Shown here: one piece after another, positions 7,914-19,906 of the stretch
How positions within the stretch are numbered: the stretch's first letter is position 1
How the letters are laid out: the number at the start of each line of letters is the position of its first letter
Assembly (NCBI RefSeq): GCF_055900595.2
Contig: NZ_CM148325.1
Direction: 5' to 3' (one strand)
Length of the DNA: 64,000 bases
Position numbers and translations under genes: made by a program
Notes under the pieces: generated by a model
What the model was told of the DNA's origin: nothing
What the model saw: only the letters and a program-made list of their open reading frames with translations
The model's database searches: none

Positions 7914-9021
7914 AACCGATGTTCCGGGTTTATCTCCGTATTTTGACAAAAGAAATAACAAAGTTTACTGGCGTTACAGGCATCCCATCACAGGTAAAAA
8001 TCATGGACTCGGCAGTATTGACCAGAAACTGGCGGAAACCATTGCAGCAGAAGCGAACAGCCGTCTTGCCAGACAACAAATGGAGCAAATGCTCAGTCTG
8101 CAGGAGAAAATTATTAGTGATACCGGCGGCGCATCAACCGTTTCCATTTTTCTGAATAATTACAGAAAAATTCAACAGGAAAGATATGAGAACGGAGAGA
8201 TCAAACTCAGCACGCTGAAGCAAAAAGCGGCTCCTCTCAGGGTGTTTGATGAACGTTTTGGAGCCAGGCCGCTAGATGCCATAACCGTAAAAGATGTGGT
8301 ATCGGTGCTGGAAGAATACAAGGCAAAGGGACATAACAGAATGGGACAAATTTTCAGGAAGGTATTGATCGATGTTTTCCGGGAGGCTCAACAAACGGGT
8401 GATGTTCCGCCAGGCTTTAACCCGGCTGAATCGGCAAAAAAACCGCAAGTGCGGATATCAAGACAGCGACTGACTTTTGATGAGTGGATGATGATTTATA
8501 ACGCAGCGGAAAAGGATGGTTACTTTTTACAGCGCGGCATGCTGCTGGCACTGATGACGGGCCAGCGTCTTTCGGATATTTGCAAAATGCAGTTTTCGGA
8601 TATCCGGGATGGTTACCTTCATGTCGAACAGCAAAAAACAGGAGCCCGGATAGCCATTCCTCTGGCTCTGCGTTGCGACAAATTAAATCTTACCCTGGGT
8701 GACGTGGTGTCATCCTGTCGTGATTACATCCTTAGTCCGTGGTTATTGCACCATCATCACGCTAAGGGGATGGGTAAGCGCGGCGGGATGGTTAAACCAG
8801 CAACATTAACAGTCGCATTTAAAAAAGCCCGGGATTCTGTGGATTACAACTGGCGTGCTAATGGCACGCCACCCTCTTTCCATGAGCAAAGATCTTTATC
8901 AGAACGATTGTTCAGAGAACAGGGAATTGATACCAAAATTTTGCTGGGCCATTCGAATCAAAAAATGACCGATATTTACAACGACGCACGCGGTAAAGAG
9001 TGGAAAAAACTGGTTATTTGA
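7891..9021 (+). CDS. int: Tyrosine recombinase, lambda-family integrase
   Basis: 376 aa; conserved R...HxxR...Y catalytic region (GQRLSDICKMQFSDI, FHEQRSLSERLF, LLGHSNQKMTDIY) similar to lambda Int. Confidence 0.85.
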   Translation: MARPRKYKTDVPGLSPYFDKRNNKVYWRYRHPITGKNHGLGSIDQKLAETIAAEANSRLARQQMEQMLSLQEKIISDTGGASTVSIFLNNYRKIQQERYENGEIKLSTLKQKAAPLRVFDERFGARPLDAITVKDVVSVLEEYKAKGHNRMGQIFRKVLIDVFREAQQTGDVPPGFNPAESAKKPQVRISRQRLTFDEWMMIYNAAEKDGYFLQRGMLLALMTGQRLSDICKMQFSDIRDGYLHVEQQKTGARIAIPLALRCDKLNLTLGDVVSSCRDYILSPWLLHHHHAKGMGKRGGMVKPATLTVAFKKARDSVDYNWRANGTPPSFHEQRSLSERLFREQGIDTKILLGHSNQKMTDIYNDARGKEWKKLVI

Positions 9022-9061
9022 TAACCAGTTTTGCAGAAGAGTTTTGCAGAGGTTTTGCAGA
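9008..9061. repeat. Candidate attL arm: 10-bp perfect inverted repeat over the int stop plus three tandem GTTTTGCAGA direct repeats
   Basis: AACTGGTTAT-TTG-ATAACCAGTT at 9008-9030; GTTTTGCAGA at 9028-9037, 9041-9050, 9052-9061; lies between int stop (9021) and ompW stop (9067). Confidence 0.3.
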
Positions 9062-9066
9062 GAAAA

Positions 9067-9705
9067 TTAGAAGCGGTATCCGGCAGAGAACATAAACACC
9101 CACGGATCCAGTCGTACCGCGTCTTTCACGGGGGTTCCATTAAATTTATAGCTGGCGGTGGTGTCGATATCCATGTACCAGACTGACATGTTCACCAACC
9201 AGTCACGGTTAATCAGATAATCAACCCCCACCTGCCCGGCAGCTCCCCAGGAGTCTTTCAGACTGAGATCGGAAAGTCCCGCCTCTTTGCCATGATCGTT
9301 GAATCCATTATCAAAGAAGGTGGTGTAGTTAATACCTGCCCCAACGTAAGGACGGAATTTGCTGCTGGCATCACCAAAATACCACTGCGCCATCAGTGTT
9401 GGCGGCAGATGATGAACGGTTGCAATATCGCCGGTCGCCCGGGTGCCGATTTTATGGCGGAACGGCGTCGCTGCCAGCAATTCCACACCAATGTTATCGG
9501 TCGCCATATAAGTAAACGTCAGGCCCAGTTGCGTGTTATTGGTCACGCTGAATCCACCCAGACTTCCTAACGTACCACCAGCACCTTCTGTTGGACGTAC
9601 GGTTGCAGAACCTGCACGCATAAAAAATTCGCCTGCTTCATGCGCAAAGGCACTGCCAGAGAGAAGAGTTGTTACTGCCAAAGCCGCCACTGTTAACTTT
9701 TTCAT
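9067..9705 (-). CDS. ompW: Outer membrane protein W
   Basis: 212-aa product from MKKLTVAALAVTTLLSGSAFA signal peptide; GGAG RBS before ATG 9705. Confidence 0.9.
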   Translation of the reverse strand: MKKLTVAALAVTTLLSGSAFAHEAGEFFMRAGSATVRPTEGAGGTLGSLGGFSVTNNTQLGLTFTYMATDNIGVELLAATPFRHKIGTRATGDIATVHHLPPTLMAQWYFGDASSKFRPYVGAGINYTTFFDNGFNDHGKEAGLSDLSLKDSWGAAGQVGVDYLINRDWLVNMSVWYMDIDTTASYKFNGTPVKDAVRLDPWVFMFSAGYRF

Positions 9706-9808
9706 ATCCGCTCCGTCGTTATGGTTATAAAAACGTGACGAATATACCCACATTGGAGTAACAAATGATCCTACATAGATCACATTACATATGATAATTC
9801 ACCCTTTA

Positions 9809-9822
9809 TTGATCTGGATTAA
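9809..9822. promoter_or_regulatory. Candidate FNR-type site upstream of ompW
   Basis: TTGAT-CTGG-ATTAA, about 110 bp upstream of the ompW start. Confidence 0.3.
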
Positions 9823-10061
9823 TTTAGAAGTTGCACTGGAAATCCTGGTTAATGTGATTTAAATCAATTTTTAAATATTTTCGCTACGCAAATATTAACT
9901 CGCTCGCCACTTGCAGCGGTTTGCCCACGCCTGAAGGCCAGCAATTACCTCCGCTTTACAAAGATATGCTTTTCCATACAAGACCTGATGCTGCCACCCG
10001 AGGCTTAACCAGGGTACAATTGCCCGCTAATTAACACCTGCATAAAACTCAAGGAGAGTGC

Positions 10062-10805
10062 ATGTCTATCACGGCGCAGTCCGTATACCGTGACACCGGA
10101 AATTTCTTCCGTAATCAATTTATGACCATTCTGTTGGTATCGTTGCTATGTGCGTTTATCACAGTGGTGTTAGGGCATGTTTTCTCACCCAGTGATGCAC
10201 AGCTTGCACAGCTCAATGACGGCGTGCCCGTTAGCGGCAGTAGTGGGTTGTTCGACCTGGTGCAGAATATGTCACCGGAACAGCAACAAATTTTGCTGCA
10301 GGCTTCAGCGGCGTCCACTTTTTCAGGATTAATCGGTAACGCCATTCTCGCCGGAGGCGTAATATTAATTATCCAGCTGGTGTCTGCGGGTCAGAGAGTC
10401 AGTGCGCTTCGAGCTATTGGTGCCAGTGCGCCGATATTGCCAAAGTTATTTATTCTGATTTTTCTGACTACCCTTTTAGTACAGATTGGCATCATGCTGG
10501 TGGTCGTTCCGGGAATTATCATGGCCATTTTACTGGCTCTGGCACCGGTGATGTTGGTACAGGACAAAATGGGCATTTTTGCCTCGATGCGCAGCAGTAT
10601 GCGGCTGACATGGGCGAATATGCGTCTGGTGGCACCCGCGGTACTGAGCTTGTTGCTGGCAAAAACACTATTGCTACTTTTTGCCTCTTCTTTTGCCGCA
10701 TTAACCCCGGAAATTGGTGCCGTACTGGCGAACACCTTGAGCAATCTGATTTCAGCCGTACTGCTCATCTATCTGTTCCGCCTGTATATGTTGATTCGCC
10801 AATAA
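10062..10805 (+). CDS. yciC: Inner membrane protein YciC (UPF0259)
   Basis: 247-aa ORF, multi-pass membrane protein matching E. coli YciC. Confidence 0.9.
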   Translation: MSITAQSVYRDTGNFFRNQFMTILLVSLLCAFITVVLGHVFSPSDAQLAQLNDGVPVSGSSGLFDLVQNMSPEQQQILLQASAASTFSGLIGNAILAGGVILIIQLVSAGQRVSALRAIGASAPILPKLFILIFLTTLLVQIGIMLVVVPGIIMAILLALAPVMLVQDKMGIFASMRSSMRLTWANMRLVAPAVLSLLLAKTLLLLFASSFAALTPEIGAVLANTLSNLISAVLLIYLFRLYMLIRQ

Positions 10806-10834
10806 CCTTAAGCATTTGATTACGGAATCGTAAA

Positions 10835-11374
10835 ATGAAGCAGTTTCTTGATTTTTTACCGCTGGTTGTTTTTTTCGCGTTTTACAAGATTTATGACATC
10901 TATGCGGCTACTGCGGCGCTGATCGTCGCCACGGCGATTGTGCTTATATATAGCTGGGTTCGCTTTCGTAAGGTTGAGAAGATGGCCCTGATCACTTTTG
11001 TTCTGGTGGTCGTCTTCGGTGGCTTGACGCTGTTCTTCCACAATGATGAGTTTATTAAATGGAAGGTTACTGTCATTTATGCCCTGTTTGCAGGTGCCCT
11101 GTTAGTCAGCCAATGGGTGATGAAAAAGCCGCTAATTCAGCGGATGCTGGGTAAAGAACTCACGCTGCCGCAACCGGTATGGTCGAAGCTGAATCTGGCC
11201 TGGGCTGTTTTCTTTATCCTTTGCGGTCTGGCAAACATCTACATCGCATTCTGGCTGCCGCAAAATATTTGGGTCAACTTTAAAGTGTTTGGCCTGACCG
11301 CTCTTACCTTAATCTTCACATTGTTAAGCGGTATCTATATCTACCGCCACATGCCGCAGGAAGATAAATCCTAA
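10835..11374 (+). CDS. yciB: Intracellular septation protein A (YciB)
   Basis: 179-aa membrane protein matching E. coli YciB. Confidence 0.9.
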   Translation: MKQFLDFLPLVVFFAFYKIYDIYAATAALIVATAIVLIYSWVRFRKVEKMALITFVLVVVFGGLTLFFHNDEFIKWKVTVIYALFAGALLVSQWVMKKPLIQRMLGKELTLPQPVWSKLNLAWAVFFILCGLANIYIAFWLPQNIWVNFKVFGLTALTLIFTLLSGIYIYRHMPQEDKS

Positions 11375-11478
11375 CCAGACTGCCAGTCCTTCGGGGCTGG
11401 CACTGTATCTCCTCTGTTCTCCTCAGGAAAATCATAGTAGCATCGCGCCTGTGATTTTCCTTTTAAGTCGGTTTTACC

Positions 11479-11877
11479 ATGTCTACAACACATAACGTCC
11501 CTCAGGGCGATCTTGTTTTACGTACTTTAGCCATGCCCGCCGATACCAATGCCAATGGTGACATCTTTGGTGGTTGGTTAATGTCACAAATGGATATTGG
11601 CGGCGCTATTCTGGCGAAAGAAATTGCGCACGGTCGCGTAGTGACCGTGCGGGTTGAAGGAATGACTTTCTTACGACCGGTTGCGGTCGGCGATGTGGTG
11701 TGCTGCTATGCACGCTGTGTCCAGAAAGGGACGACATCGGTCAGCATTAATATTGAAGTGTGGGTGAAAAAAGTCGCGTCTGAACCCATCGGGCAACGCT
11801 ATAAAGCGACAGAAGCATTATTTAAGTATGTCGCGGTTGATCCTGAAGGAAAACCTCGCGCCTTACCTGTTGAGTAA
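11479..11877 (+). CDS. yciA: Acyl-CoA thioester hydrolase YciA
   Basis: 132-aa hotdog-fold thioesterase matching E. coli YciA. Confidence 0.9.
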   Translation: MSTTHNVPQGDLVLRTLAMPADTNANGDIFGGWLMSQMDIGGAILAKEIAHGRVVTVRVEGMTFLRPVAVGDVVCCYARCVQKGTTSVSINIEVWVKKVASEPIGQRYKATEALFKYVAVDPEGKPRALPVE

Positions 11878-11916
11878 TAGTCAAAAGCCTCCGGTCGGAG
11901 GCTTTTGACTTTCTGC

Positions 11917-12636
11917 TTACTGAATTTCGGTGGTGCCGTTAATTTTAAACAGGATATTCACCACAATCCCACTGCCTGGCTTACCCGGCTCATAACGCCA
12001 TCTGCGCATCGCATTTTTCACCTCACGCTCAAACATGTTCGCAGGCTTGGCTGAGAGGATTTGCACGTTATCCACGCGACCATCCGGCGTGACATCAAAT
12101 TTAACTTTAACCTGCCCTTCAATGCGCAATGCCTGTGCTCGTGCCGGATACTGCGGCTGATTGCGACTTAATGCGCGTGGTCCTGAAGCCACACTTGTAA
12201 CCGGCTTGCTGGTTGCAGCCGTCGCCGTACTTGATGTCGGGCGCGCGGGTGCCGTATTTTCAAACGGTGATGCCGGACGCGATTCTACGGGTTTGACATC
12301 GCGTTTTGGCTGCTCCTGTACCTTTTTCACCGGCTTCGGTTTTGGCTTAGGTTTCGGCTTAGGCTTTTCAATGACCACCGGTGCTTCTTTTGGCGGTTCA
12401 GGGATCGGCTCAGGTTCCGGTTCTGGCTCTACCACCGGCTCCGGTGGCGGCTGAACGGCTTGTGGCGGTTCGAGATCCGCAGGCGCAACCATCGTGACAG
12501 AAATTGGCTGCGCAGGCGCAGGTAGTTCAATAACCTGATGTACCGAGGTATAGAGCAGACCCGCCACAACAGCACCATGAATGCAGACCGAAAGTAACGT
12601 CGGCCAGGGGAAGCGGCGAGGTAAATCAAGGGTCAT
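11917..12636 (-). CDS. tonB: TonB energy transducer
   Basis: 239 aa from [17 protein letters not shown]; Pro-Glu/Pro-Lys repeat linker. Confidence 0.9.
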   Translation of the reverse strand: MTLDLPRRFPWPTLLSVCIHGAVVAGLLYTSVHQVIELPAPAQPISVTMVAPADLEPPQAVQPPPEPVVEPEPEPEPIPEPPKEAPVVIEKPKPKPKPKPKPVKKVQEQPKRDVKPVESRPASPFENTAPARPTSSTATAATSKPVTSVASGPRALSRNQPQYPARAQALRIEGQVKVKFDVTPDGRVDNVQILSAKPANMFEREVKNAMRRWRYEPGKPGSGIVVNILFKINGTTEIQ

Positions 12637-12859
12637 TGAAGTCATAATCATTTCAGTAGAAAAACCAGGCCTCGATTTTAAATGCAAATAGCAATCATAT
12701 TCAATAAGGCAAGACGATCAGGATCAGTGAAAATGTCATTTTTGGCGTAATTGACCTTACTTTATGCATGGTCTTAACAAAGACATCATCTTTCCGTTGC
12801 AGATCTTCGCCCTTTCAAATAACGTACTTTACAACTTTCCCGAACAAGGAGTTGTGCCC

Positions 12860-13156
12860 GTGTTGTATGTTATTTACGCTCAAGACAAAGCTGATAGCCT
12901 CGAAAAACGCCTTTCCGTTCGTCCGGCACATTTAGCACGTTTACAGTTACTGCATGATGAAGGTCGATTGTTGACCGCCGGTCCAATGCCAGCAGTAGAC
13001 AGTAACGATCCAGGGGCTGCGGGATTTACTGGCTCAACCGTTATTGCTGAATTTGAATCGCTGGAAGCAGCTCAGGCCTGGGCCGATGCTGACCCGTACG
13101 TAGCGGCAGGAGTCTATGAACACGTTTCAGTGAAACCATTTAAGAAAGTGTTCTGA
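12860..13156 (+). CDS. yciI: YciI-like protein
   Basis: 98-aa product from GTG 12860 with AAGGAG RBS. Confidence 0.8.
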
Positions 13157-13456
13157 ATAGAGATTCAATATTTAAGGGCACGGTTTTAGCAACCGTGTTC
13201 TAGTTTGGCCTTTCCTTATAGGTCGGTCAGTGCATTCACCCCCACAAGCAGATAATAACTTTATCTGTATTTCTTTATATGATGTGAGCATATTCAGGAA
13301 AAATGCCCTTTCCTGACGCAGAGTTGCTCACTCAAAACCTTTGATTACTTCAGATAAAGTCATCTACTATTGTTTAACACATTCACGCGCTGCATGTATG
13401 TTCAGAAAATGTGCACGTTGAGATAATTAAACAAAATTGTGGTTACAGAGGTATCA

Positions 13457-14710
13457 GTGAGTCACTGGACTACATTCAAACAAACAGCAACAAATTTATG
13501 GGTGACCCTACGGCACGACATTCTCGCGCTGGCCGTCTTTTTAAATGGATTGCTCATTTTTAAAACAATCTATGGTATGTCGGTCAATTTGCTTGATATT
13601 TTCCATATCAAAGCCTTTTCAGAGTTAGATCTCTCCTTGCTGGCAAATGCCCCACTCTTTATGCTCGGCGTCTTTCTTGTCCTCAACTCCATTGGCTTAC
13701 TGTTCCGGGCAAAGCTCGCATGGGCAATCAGTATCATTTTGTTGTTGATAGCGCTAATTTACACCCTGCATTTTTATCCCTGGCTGAAATTTAGTATTGG
13801 ATTTTGCATTTTTACGCTGGTGTTTTTGCTGATACTGCGCAAAGACTTCTCCCACAGTAGCGCCGCAGCCGGGACAATTTTCGCATTTATTAGTTTCACG
13901 ACGTTACTGTTTTACTCCACCTACGGTGCGCTTTATTTAAGCGAAGGTTTTAATCCGCGAATAGAAAGTTTGATGACCGCGTTCTATTTTTCGATAGAAA
14001 CCATGTCAACCGTCGGCTATGGCGATGTTGTCCCTGTTTCTGAATCAGCACGATTGTTCACTATTTCGGTCATTATTTCCGGCATTACCGTTTTTGCCAC
14101 CTCCATGACTTCAATTTTTGGTCCGCTTATCCGCGGGGGATTCAACAAACTTGTAAAAGGAAACAATCATACAATGCATCGTAAAGATCATTTTATTGTT
14201 TGCGGGCATTCGATTCTCGCCATCAATACGATTCTGCAACTGAATCAACGCGGACAAAATGTAACGGTTATCAGCAACTTGCCTGAAGATGATATTAAGC
14301 AACTTGAGCAACGCTTAGGTGATAACGCTGATGTTATCCCCGGTGACAGTAATGACAGTTCAGTATTAAAGAAAGCAGGAATCGATCGATGCCGGGCCAT
14401 TCTGGCGCTGAGTGATAACGATGCTGATAACGCGTTTGTTGTACTATCGGCAAAAGATATGAGCAGTGATGTCAAAACAGTTCTCGCCGTCAGTGATAGC
14501 AAAAACCTTAATAAGATTAAGATGGTACATCCGGATATTATTCTCTCGCCGCAACTGTTTGGCAGCGAAATTCTGGCGCGGGTCTTAAATGGTGAAGAGA
14601 TTAATAATGATATGCTCGTTTCAATGTTGTTGAACTCCGGTCATGGCATTTTCAGCGATAACGATGAACAAGAAACGAAAACTGACAGCAAAGAATCGGC
14701 GCAAAAATAG
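13457..14710 (+). CDS. kch: Voltage-gated potassium channel Kch
   Basis: 417 aa from GTG (VSHWTTFKQ); selectivity filter TVGYGD and RCK/TrkA-like C-terminus. Confidence 0.85.
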   Translation: MSHWTTFKQTATNLWVTLRHDILALAVFLNGLLIFKTIYGMSVNLLDIFHIKAFSELDLSLLANAPLFMLGVFLVLNSIGLLFRAKLAWAISIILLLIALIYTLHFYPWLKFSIGFCIFTLVFLLILRKDFSHSSAAAGTIFAFISFTTLLFYSTYGALYLSEGFNPRIESLMTAFYFSIETMSTVGYGDVVPVSESARLFTISVIISGITVFATSMTSIFGPLIRGGFNKLVKGNNHTMHRKDHFIVCGHSILAINTILQLNQRGQNVTVISNLPEDDIKQLEQRLGDNADVIPGDSNDSSVLKKAGIDRCRAILALSDNDADNAFVVLSAKDMSSDVKTVLAVSDSKNLNKIKMVHPDIILSPQLFGSEILARVLNGEEINNDMLVSMLLNSGHGIFSDNDEQETKTDSKESAQK

Positions 14711-15080
14711 AGTTTGAAGACGAAAGGGCAAACTTATTGGGCACCGCAATGGTGCCCAGAACATTTAGATATTGTAGATCGCAAACAATAACGAGTTACG
14801 CTGTTTGTTTAGAATGCACTTCCTGATGCTGTGGATACGCATATTTCGGCGCGACTGCCCCTCAAGCCAACGCGATTTACGTCGGCTAGCCTGACGCTGC
14901 ATGCGCCAGCGCCCCACTTCCGTTCTACTCCGCTTCATGTTAACTACTCTATGCAATAACAGAATGGTCATTATACCCCCGACCCCGACGCTGACCAGTG
15001 CTTTTCCCGCGTTTTTATTTGCCAGATGAATCCATATGCGTAAACTCATAACAATGCGCTTTCAAAAGGATTTCTAATCT

Positions 15081-16905
<1,825 letters not shown>

Positions 16906-16928
16906 ATAATCGCTTTCGGCGTGAAAAA

Positions 16929-16948
16929 GGGCTGACAATTGTCAGCCC
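16929..16948. terminator. Bidirectional rho-independent terminator between yciU and oppF
   Basis: Perfect palindrome GGGCTGAC-AATT-GTCAGCCC flanked by A-run and T-run. Confidence 0.6.
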
Positions 16949-16957
16949 TTATTTTGT

Positions 16958-17962
16958 TTAAAGCGGATCGACTTTCAGGCAAGACACGGCGTGTCTGAAA
17001 CTCCCCTCCAGCACAGGACGTGTTTTGGCACACTCTGGACCGGCAATCGGGCAACGGGTACGGAAAACACAACCGGAAGGCGGGTTGATCGGCGACGGTA
17101 ATTCCCCTTCCAGTAACTGGATGGTTTTGTTCTTCTCCAGATCCGGATCAGGTATGGGGACTGCCGACATCAATGCCCTGGTGTAAGGATGTAGTGGATT
17201 GTGATAGACCTCATCATAGGTCCCCAGTTCTACCGCATGGCCGAGATACATCACCAGCACACGATCGGAAATGTGTTTTACCACGGCCAGGTCGTGAGCG
17301 ATAAAAATTAATGACAATCCCATCTCGCGTTGCAGCTGCTGGAGCAGGTTGACCACCTGCGCCTGAATTGACACGTCCAGCGCCGACACCGGCTCATCAC
17401 AGATAATCAGCTTCGGTTCAAGAATAAGAGCACGAGCAATCCCGATACGCTGGCACTGCCCACCAGAGAACTCATGCGGATAGCGGTTAATCAGGTTAGG
17501 CAATAACCCGACTTTCAGCATCATCGCCTTCACGCGCTCGCGAACTTCCTGGCGTGACATTTTCGGATGATAAGTACGCAGTGGTTCAGCGATGATCTCG
17601 CCGATGGTCATACGCGGGTTAAGCGATGCCAATGGATCCTGGAAAATCATCTGAATATCACTGCGAACGGCACGCCATTCATCGGGCTTCATGCCCAGCA
17701 ACTCTTTACCTAACCAGGCAACATGACCGTCGGTCGCTTTAACCAGGCCAATGATGGCGCGAGCAAAGGTGGACTTACCGCATCCCGACTCCCCTACCAC
17801 ACCTAATGTTTCCCCTTCATACAGGCGAAGAGTTACACCATCTACGGCTTTGAGCGTTTTCGGCGGTTGCCAGAACCACTGTTTGCCATCTTTGATTTCA
17901 AAGTGCACTTTCAAATCGGCGATTTCGAGGAGGACTTTTCTTCCTTCGGTTACAGCATTCAT
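16958..17962 (-). CDS. oppF: Oligopeptide ABC transporter ATP-binding protein OppF
   Basis: 334 aa, Walker A GESGCGKST, matches OppF. Confidence 0.95.
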   Translation of the reverse strand: MNAVTEGRKVLLEIADLKVHFEIKDGKQWFWQPPKTLKAVDGVTLRLYEGETLGVVGESGCGKSTFARAIIGLVKATDGHVAWLGKELLGMKPDEWRAVRSDIQMIFQDPLASLNPRMTIGEIIAEPLRTYHPKMSRQEVRERVKAMMLKVGLLPNLINRYPHEFSGGQCQRIGIARALILEPKLIICDEPVSALDVSIQAQVVNLLQQLQREMGLSLIFIAHDLAVVKHISDRVLVMYLGHAVELGTYDEVYHNPLHPYTRALMSAVPIPDPDLEKNKTIQLLEGELPSPINPPSGCVFRTRCPIAGPECAKTRPVLEGSFRHAVSCLKVDPL

Positions 17963-18972
17963 AACAGTTCCTCCACCGGTTTAAAGCAAGCACGCAGACG
18001 GCCAAGCGTAAACTCTTCCAGCGGCGGTGCGCTACTACAAATTTCCATCGCATGCGGACAACGTGGCTGGAACGGGCAACCTTTCGGTAATCGCAACAGG
18101 TTTGGCGGATTACCCGGGATGGTCAACATTGTTTCACCTTCAGCATCGAGACGCGGCACCGCGTTGAGTAAACCGATAGAATAAGGATGAACGGGTTGAT
18201 AAAAGACATCGCGCGCGTTGCCATATTCCATCGTGCGCCCGGCGTACATTACCAGCACTTTGTCGCAGATCCCTGCCACCACGCCAAGATCGTGGGTGAT
18301 CATAATGATGGCGGTATTAAATTCCCGCTTCAGTTCATTCAATAGCGTCATGATCTGCGCCTGTACGGTGACGTCCAGCGCAGTAGTGGGTTCATCAGCA
18401 ATCAGCAGCTTAGGTCGACATAGCAATGCCATCGCAATCATGACTCTTTGACGCATGCCGCCAGAAAATTCATGCGGAAACATCTTCATGCGTTTACGCG
18501 CTTCCGGCATTTTTACCGCATCGAGCATCCGCACCGACTCTTCAAACGCCTCAGATTTGCTCATGTTCTTATGCAACATCAGCACTTCCATCAACTGCTC
18601 ACCGACGCGCATATAGGGATTCAACGAAGTCATCGGATCCTGAAAAATCATTGAGATTTGTTCAGCACGCAGTTTATTGAGTTCACGCTCTGGCAAATTG
18701 AGGATTTCACGCCCATTGAAGGTTGCCGAGCCGCCAATACGCCCATTGGCAGCCAGCAGGCCCATCAACGCAAATGCAGTTTGCGATTTACCCGAACCAG
18801 ACTCACCGACAATGCCCAGCGTTTCCCCGGCACGTAGAGAAAAATTCAAATCATTGACCGCCGTGACGTCGCCGTCCGGGGTACTAAAGGTGACACGCAA
18901 ATCTTTCACGTTCAGCAGTGCGTCAGCCTGTTGTTGTGCGAGCGGCACAGTTGCAGTTTCAATTACGCTCAT
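17959..18972 (-). CDS. oppD: Oligopeptide ABC transporter ATP-binding protein OppD
   Basis: 337 aa, Walker A GESGSGKSQ, matches OppD. Confidence 0.95.
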   Translation of the reverse strand: MSVIETATVPLAQQQADALLNVKDLRVTFSTPDGDVTAVNDLNFSLRAGETLGIVGESGSGKSQTAFALMGLLAANGRIGGSATFNGREILNLPERELNKLRAEQISMIFQDPMTSLNPYMRVGEQLMEVLMLHKNMSKSEAFEESVRMLDAVKMPEARKRMKMFPHEFSGGMRQRVMIAMALLCRPKLLIADEPTTALDVTVQAQIMTLLNELKREFNTAIIMITHDLGVVAGICDKVLVMYAGRTMEYGNARDVFYQPVHPYSIGLLNAVPRLDAEGETMLTIPGNPPNLLRLPKGCPFQPRCPHAMEICSSAPPLEEFTLGRLRACFKPVEELL

Positions 18973-18983
18973 GGCTGCACTCC

Positions 18984-19892
18984 TTAACGATCTTTCGGGT
19001 CGAGGGCATCACGCAAGCCATCGCCGATAAAGTTGAAACAAAATAGCGTCACCACGAGGAATCCCGCTGGGAACAACAGTAACCATGGAGAGACTTCCAT
19101 CGAGTTCGCGCCATCACTCAGCAATGCGCCCCAGCTGCTTAACGGCTCTTGCGTCCCCAACCCCAGGAAGCTAAGGAAAGATTCAAAGAGGATCATGCTG
19201 GGCACCAGTAGCGATGCGTAGACCACCACCACACCGAGTACGTTCGGTACAATGTGGCGAATAACAATGCCCGGCGTCGATACACCGCCAACTTGTGCCG
19301 CCTCAATAAACTCTTTACGCTTCAGACTCAGGGTTTGCCCACGCACAATACGAGCCATATCCAGCCAGGAAACCATGCCAATCGCCACGAAAATCAGCAG
19401 GATGTTTTGACCGAAAAAGGTCACCAGCAAAATGACGAAGAACATGAATGGGAAGGAGTTGAGGATTTCCAGCAGACGCATCATTACCGAATCCACTTTA
19501 CCGCCCAGATAACCGGAAAGCGAACCATAAAGTGTCCCCACGACCACTGCCACCAGTGCCGCAGCAACACCGACCATGAGTGAGATACGCCCGCCAATCG
19601 CAACACGCACAAGCAGGTCGCGACCGGATGAGTCAGTACCAAAGTAGTGACCGGACTCCATATCTGGGGCGCTGGACATCATCGCCCAGTCAGTATCGTC
19701 ATAGGCAAACTGCGAAAGCATCGGTGCCAGGATTACAAATAACGCGATTAGCACCAGCACTATCAGACTGGCAACCGCCGCACGGTTATGCATAAAACGT
19801 CGACGTGCGTCCTGCCACAAGCTGCGCCCTTCGACCTCCAGCTTTTCACTGAAATTTTCCAGCGTCTCGCTGTTTTTCTTACTTAACATCAT
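18984..19892 (-). CDS. oppC: Oligopeptide ABC transporter permease OppC
   Basis: 302-aa permease matching OppC. Confidence 0.95.
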   Translation of the reverse strand: MMLSKKNSETLENFSEKLEVEGRSLWQDARRRFMHNRAAVASLIVLVLIALFVILAPMLSQFAYDDTDWAMMSSAPDMESGHYFGTDSSGRDLLVRVAIGGRISLMVGVAAALVAVVVGTLYGSLSGYLGGKVDSVMMRLLEILNSFPFMFFVILLVTFFGQNILLIFVAIGMVSWLDMARIVRGQTLSLKRKEFIEAAQVGGVSTPGIVIRHIVPNVLGVVVVYASLLVPSMILFESFLSFLGLGTQEPLSSWGALLSDGANSMEVSPWLLLFPAGFLVVTLFCFNFIGDGLRDALDPKDR

Positions 19893-19906
19893 CGCGAGCT
19901 CCAGTA

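Larger units (their letters stand above)
1..9066. mobile_element. Lambdoid prophage, integrase-proximal (left) arm; continues beyond window start
   Basis: Contiguous phage-type genes in lambda-like order (P-like, O-like, cro-like, CI-like, Rha, exonuclease, xis, int) ending 45 bp from the ompW stop codon. Confidence 0.8.

Noticed and set aside
14765-15049. 94-aa minus-strand ORF between kch and clsA
   Set aside because: Highly basic Arg-rich translation with no clear RBS in the kch terminator / clsA promoter region; treated as spurious.
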